A stretch of DNA of 39,200 bases from an uncultured Thermoleophilaceae bacterium (lineage in GTDB: Bacteria > Actinomycetota > Thermoleophilia > Solirubrobacterales > Thermoleophilaceae), in NCBI GenBank assembly GCA_963757815.1, contig CAVWSN010000002.1, forward strand, positions 1-39,200, given 5' to 3'. This document shows positions 37,888 to 39,200 of this stretch, piece by piece. A model generated the notes under the pieces. It did no database searches. It was not told the origin of the DNA and was given only the letters and a program-made list of their open reading frames with translations. Position 1 is the stretch's first letter; each line of letters starts with the position of its first letter. The position numbers and the translations under genes are program-made.

Positions 37888-38838
37888 GGGTTAGCAGACG
37901 CGGCCAGCGACCGGTACGCCGTATCGAGGACCGCCGCGGAGCGCTCGAGCAGCCGCTGCTCGTCCTCCGACAACGTCAACGGGAGCTGGCGCTCGACGCC
38001 CCCCCGTCCGATGACGCACGGCAGGCTGAGCACCACGTCCCCGATGCCGTACTCCTCCAGGGCCGGCACAGAGATCATGAATATCCGCTTCTCGTCTCGC
38101 ACAACGGCCCGCACGATGCGAGCGACGGCGGCCGCGACACCGTAGCTCGTGAACCCCTTTCGATCGTGGATGCCCAGCCCGCGCCGGCGGGTCGACGTGG
38201 TCAGGTCGTCCTCGAGCTGTGACAACGGGCTGCTCTCGGGCAGCGGGTAGTTCTCGAGTTTGATCGCACCCACCGTCGCGCTCGACCAGACCGGAAACGA
38301 GCTATCCCCGTGCTCGCCGACGACGTAGACGTGGACATCCTCCTTCTCGACCCCGAGCCGCTCGCCGAGCCGGTGGCGTAGACGCGCGCCGTCGAGAACA
38401 GTCCCGGAGCCCATGAGCAGGTGAGCCGGCCGGGCGGAGGTCTCGATCGCGATCCGGGTCAGCACGTCCACGGGGTTGCTCACGAAGATCACGACCGCGT
38501 CCGGACTGACCCGATCGAGCTCACGAACAACGCCGGCGACGACGCCGGCGTTGAGCGCCAAGATGTCGAGGCGGCTCTGACCGGGGCCCCTCGTCGCCCC
38601 CACGGTGACCACCACGGCATCCGAGCCGCCGAGATCGGCGTAGTCGGCCGAGGGCACGATCTCCATCTCGGCCGAGCAGCGGGATCGCGTCGGCGATGTC
38701 CCAGGCCTCCCCCTCCGCACGGGCCGAGTCGCGGTCGAACAGCACCACCCGGTCACACCCGCGAAGCAGCACGAGCGCGTTGGCCACCGCCGAGCCCACG
38801 TGGCCGGCCCCGACTACCGAGACCTGCGAACCCGCCAT
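37884..38838 (-). CDS. L-lactate/malate dehydrogenase-family 2-hydroxyacid dehydrogenase (1-nt frame disruption near 38680)
   Basis: N-terminal Rossmann VSVVGAGHVGSAVANAL…VLFDRDSARAEGEAWDI. Then in the other frame …DAVVVTVGATRGPGQSRLDILALNAGVV…VIFVSNPVDVLT… Its stop overlaps the start of the 36181-37887 gene (TTGA). Confidence 0.75.
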
Positions 38839-38868
38839 CGAGCCGGTGACGTTACCGCGCCCGTGGGC

Positions 38869-39200
38869 TCAGCGCGCCTCGGCGACCGCCGGCCGCAAGC
38901 CCCGGTTGGGCTTGGCGGGGAGCAGCTTGAACGCGGAGGCGACAATCCCGATCGCGACCGCGACCCCGAAACCGAGGAGCGTCACGCGTGGGCTGACGCC
39001 CGCGGCGAGCGCGACGCCGGCGCCGATGATCGGCAGCGATAGGCCGACGAAGGCCGCCAGGTAGGTTCCGGCGAGCGCTTCCTCGTCACGATTATCTGTG
39101 AATCGGGAGGGACCCGGGTCATTGCCTCCACGCGCGGGATGCTGCAAAGTGACGGGTACGCGCCAACGCGCGACACTGGTCCCCGCGTCGAGGAGGTCCT
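38869..39200 (-). CDS. Partial membrane protein (C-terminal end; gene continues beyond the window)
   Basis: Hydrophobic helices AGTYLAAFVGLSLPIIGAGVALAAG…LLGFGVAVAIGIVASAF. The open frame has no convincing start inside the window. Confidence 0.3.
   Translation of the reverse strand, partial: DLLDAGTSVARWRVPVTLQHPARGGNDPGPSRFTDNRDEEALAGTYLAAFVGLSLPIIGAGVALAAGVSPRVTLLGFGVAVAIGIVASAFKLLPAKPNRGLRPAVAEAR

Noticed and set aside
36199-38145. 648-aa plus-strand ORF
   Set aside because: Antisense to the cNMP-TrxR-like and LDH genes. Low-complexity composition.
1-39200. CRISPR arrays, rRNA/tRNA genes, IS elements with terminal inverted repeats
   Set aside because: No short regularly spaced repeats, no rRNA-like low-GC conserved blocks, and no transposase-like ORFs were seen. 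tRNAs cannot be excluded by eye, but no cloverleaf-like candidates were noticed in intergenic regions.

Overview
This is a ~70% GC chromosomal segment of actinobacterial type. Thermoleophilia- or Actinomycetia-like is a guess from composition and gene content only. It is densely coding on both strands, with no rRNA, tRNA or CRISPR array recognisable by eye. In window order the content is:

- **1-650 (minus):** a decayed exonuclease-III-like (EEP) gene.
- **1145-2098 (plus):** a ROK-family sugar kinase/regulator.
- **2.5-11.7 kb (minus):** a co-directional block with two tandem ~3.1-kb paralogues of a giant receptor Ser/Thr kinase (kinase, TM helix, beta-propeller repeats, LivK-type periplasmic binding domain), followed by a ~980-aa LuxR-family STAND/AAA-TPR (LAL) regulator.
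- **11.8-12.4 kb (minus):** a small secreted repeat protein.
- **12.5-14.1 kb (minus):** a SARP regulator carrying C-terminal Usp-like domains.
- **14.2-17.2 kb (plus):** a VOC / ECF-sigma / ZAS anti-sigma / MFS (DHA2) operon.
- **17.2-20.1 kb:** cupin, RidA and hypothetical genes.
- **20.1-22.0 kb:** an arsR-arsM // arsC arsenic island with an AT-rich divergent promoter.
- **22.1-25.0 kb:** an NTF2-like // TetR-DUF-LigD polymerase-domain operon.
- **25.0-26.5 kb (minus):** a DUF222-HNH (REP13E12-like) endonuclease.
- **26.9-27.3 kb (plus):** a YbaK-like deacylase.
- **27.4-29.2 kb (minus):** a DyP peroxidase + family-1 encapsulin nanocompartment operon, with the targeting peptide visible.
- **29.5-33.5 kb:** a DUF3533/YhgE-like membrane protein, CorA, and a CocE/NonD hydrolase.
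- **33.6-34.0 kb (plus):** a small zinc-ribbon protein.
- **34.1-36.2 kb (plus):** an orphan DUF4118-GAF-GAF-HisKA_3 histidine kinase.
- **36.2-39.2 kb (minus):** a translationally coupled LDH-like gene plus a cNMP-binding/thioredoxin-reductase-like flavoprotein, then a partial membrane gene at the window edge.

Many genes carry single-nucleotide frame disruptions, and these are heavily enriched in the first 12 kb. Whether they reflect real pseudogenisation or consensus/assembly indels cannot be decided from the sequence alone. Frameshifted gene models below are my reconstructions across the six-frame ORFs.
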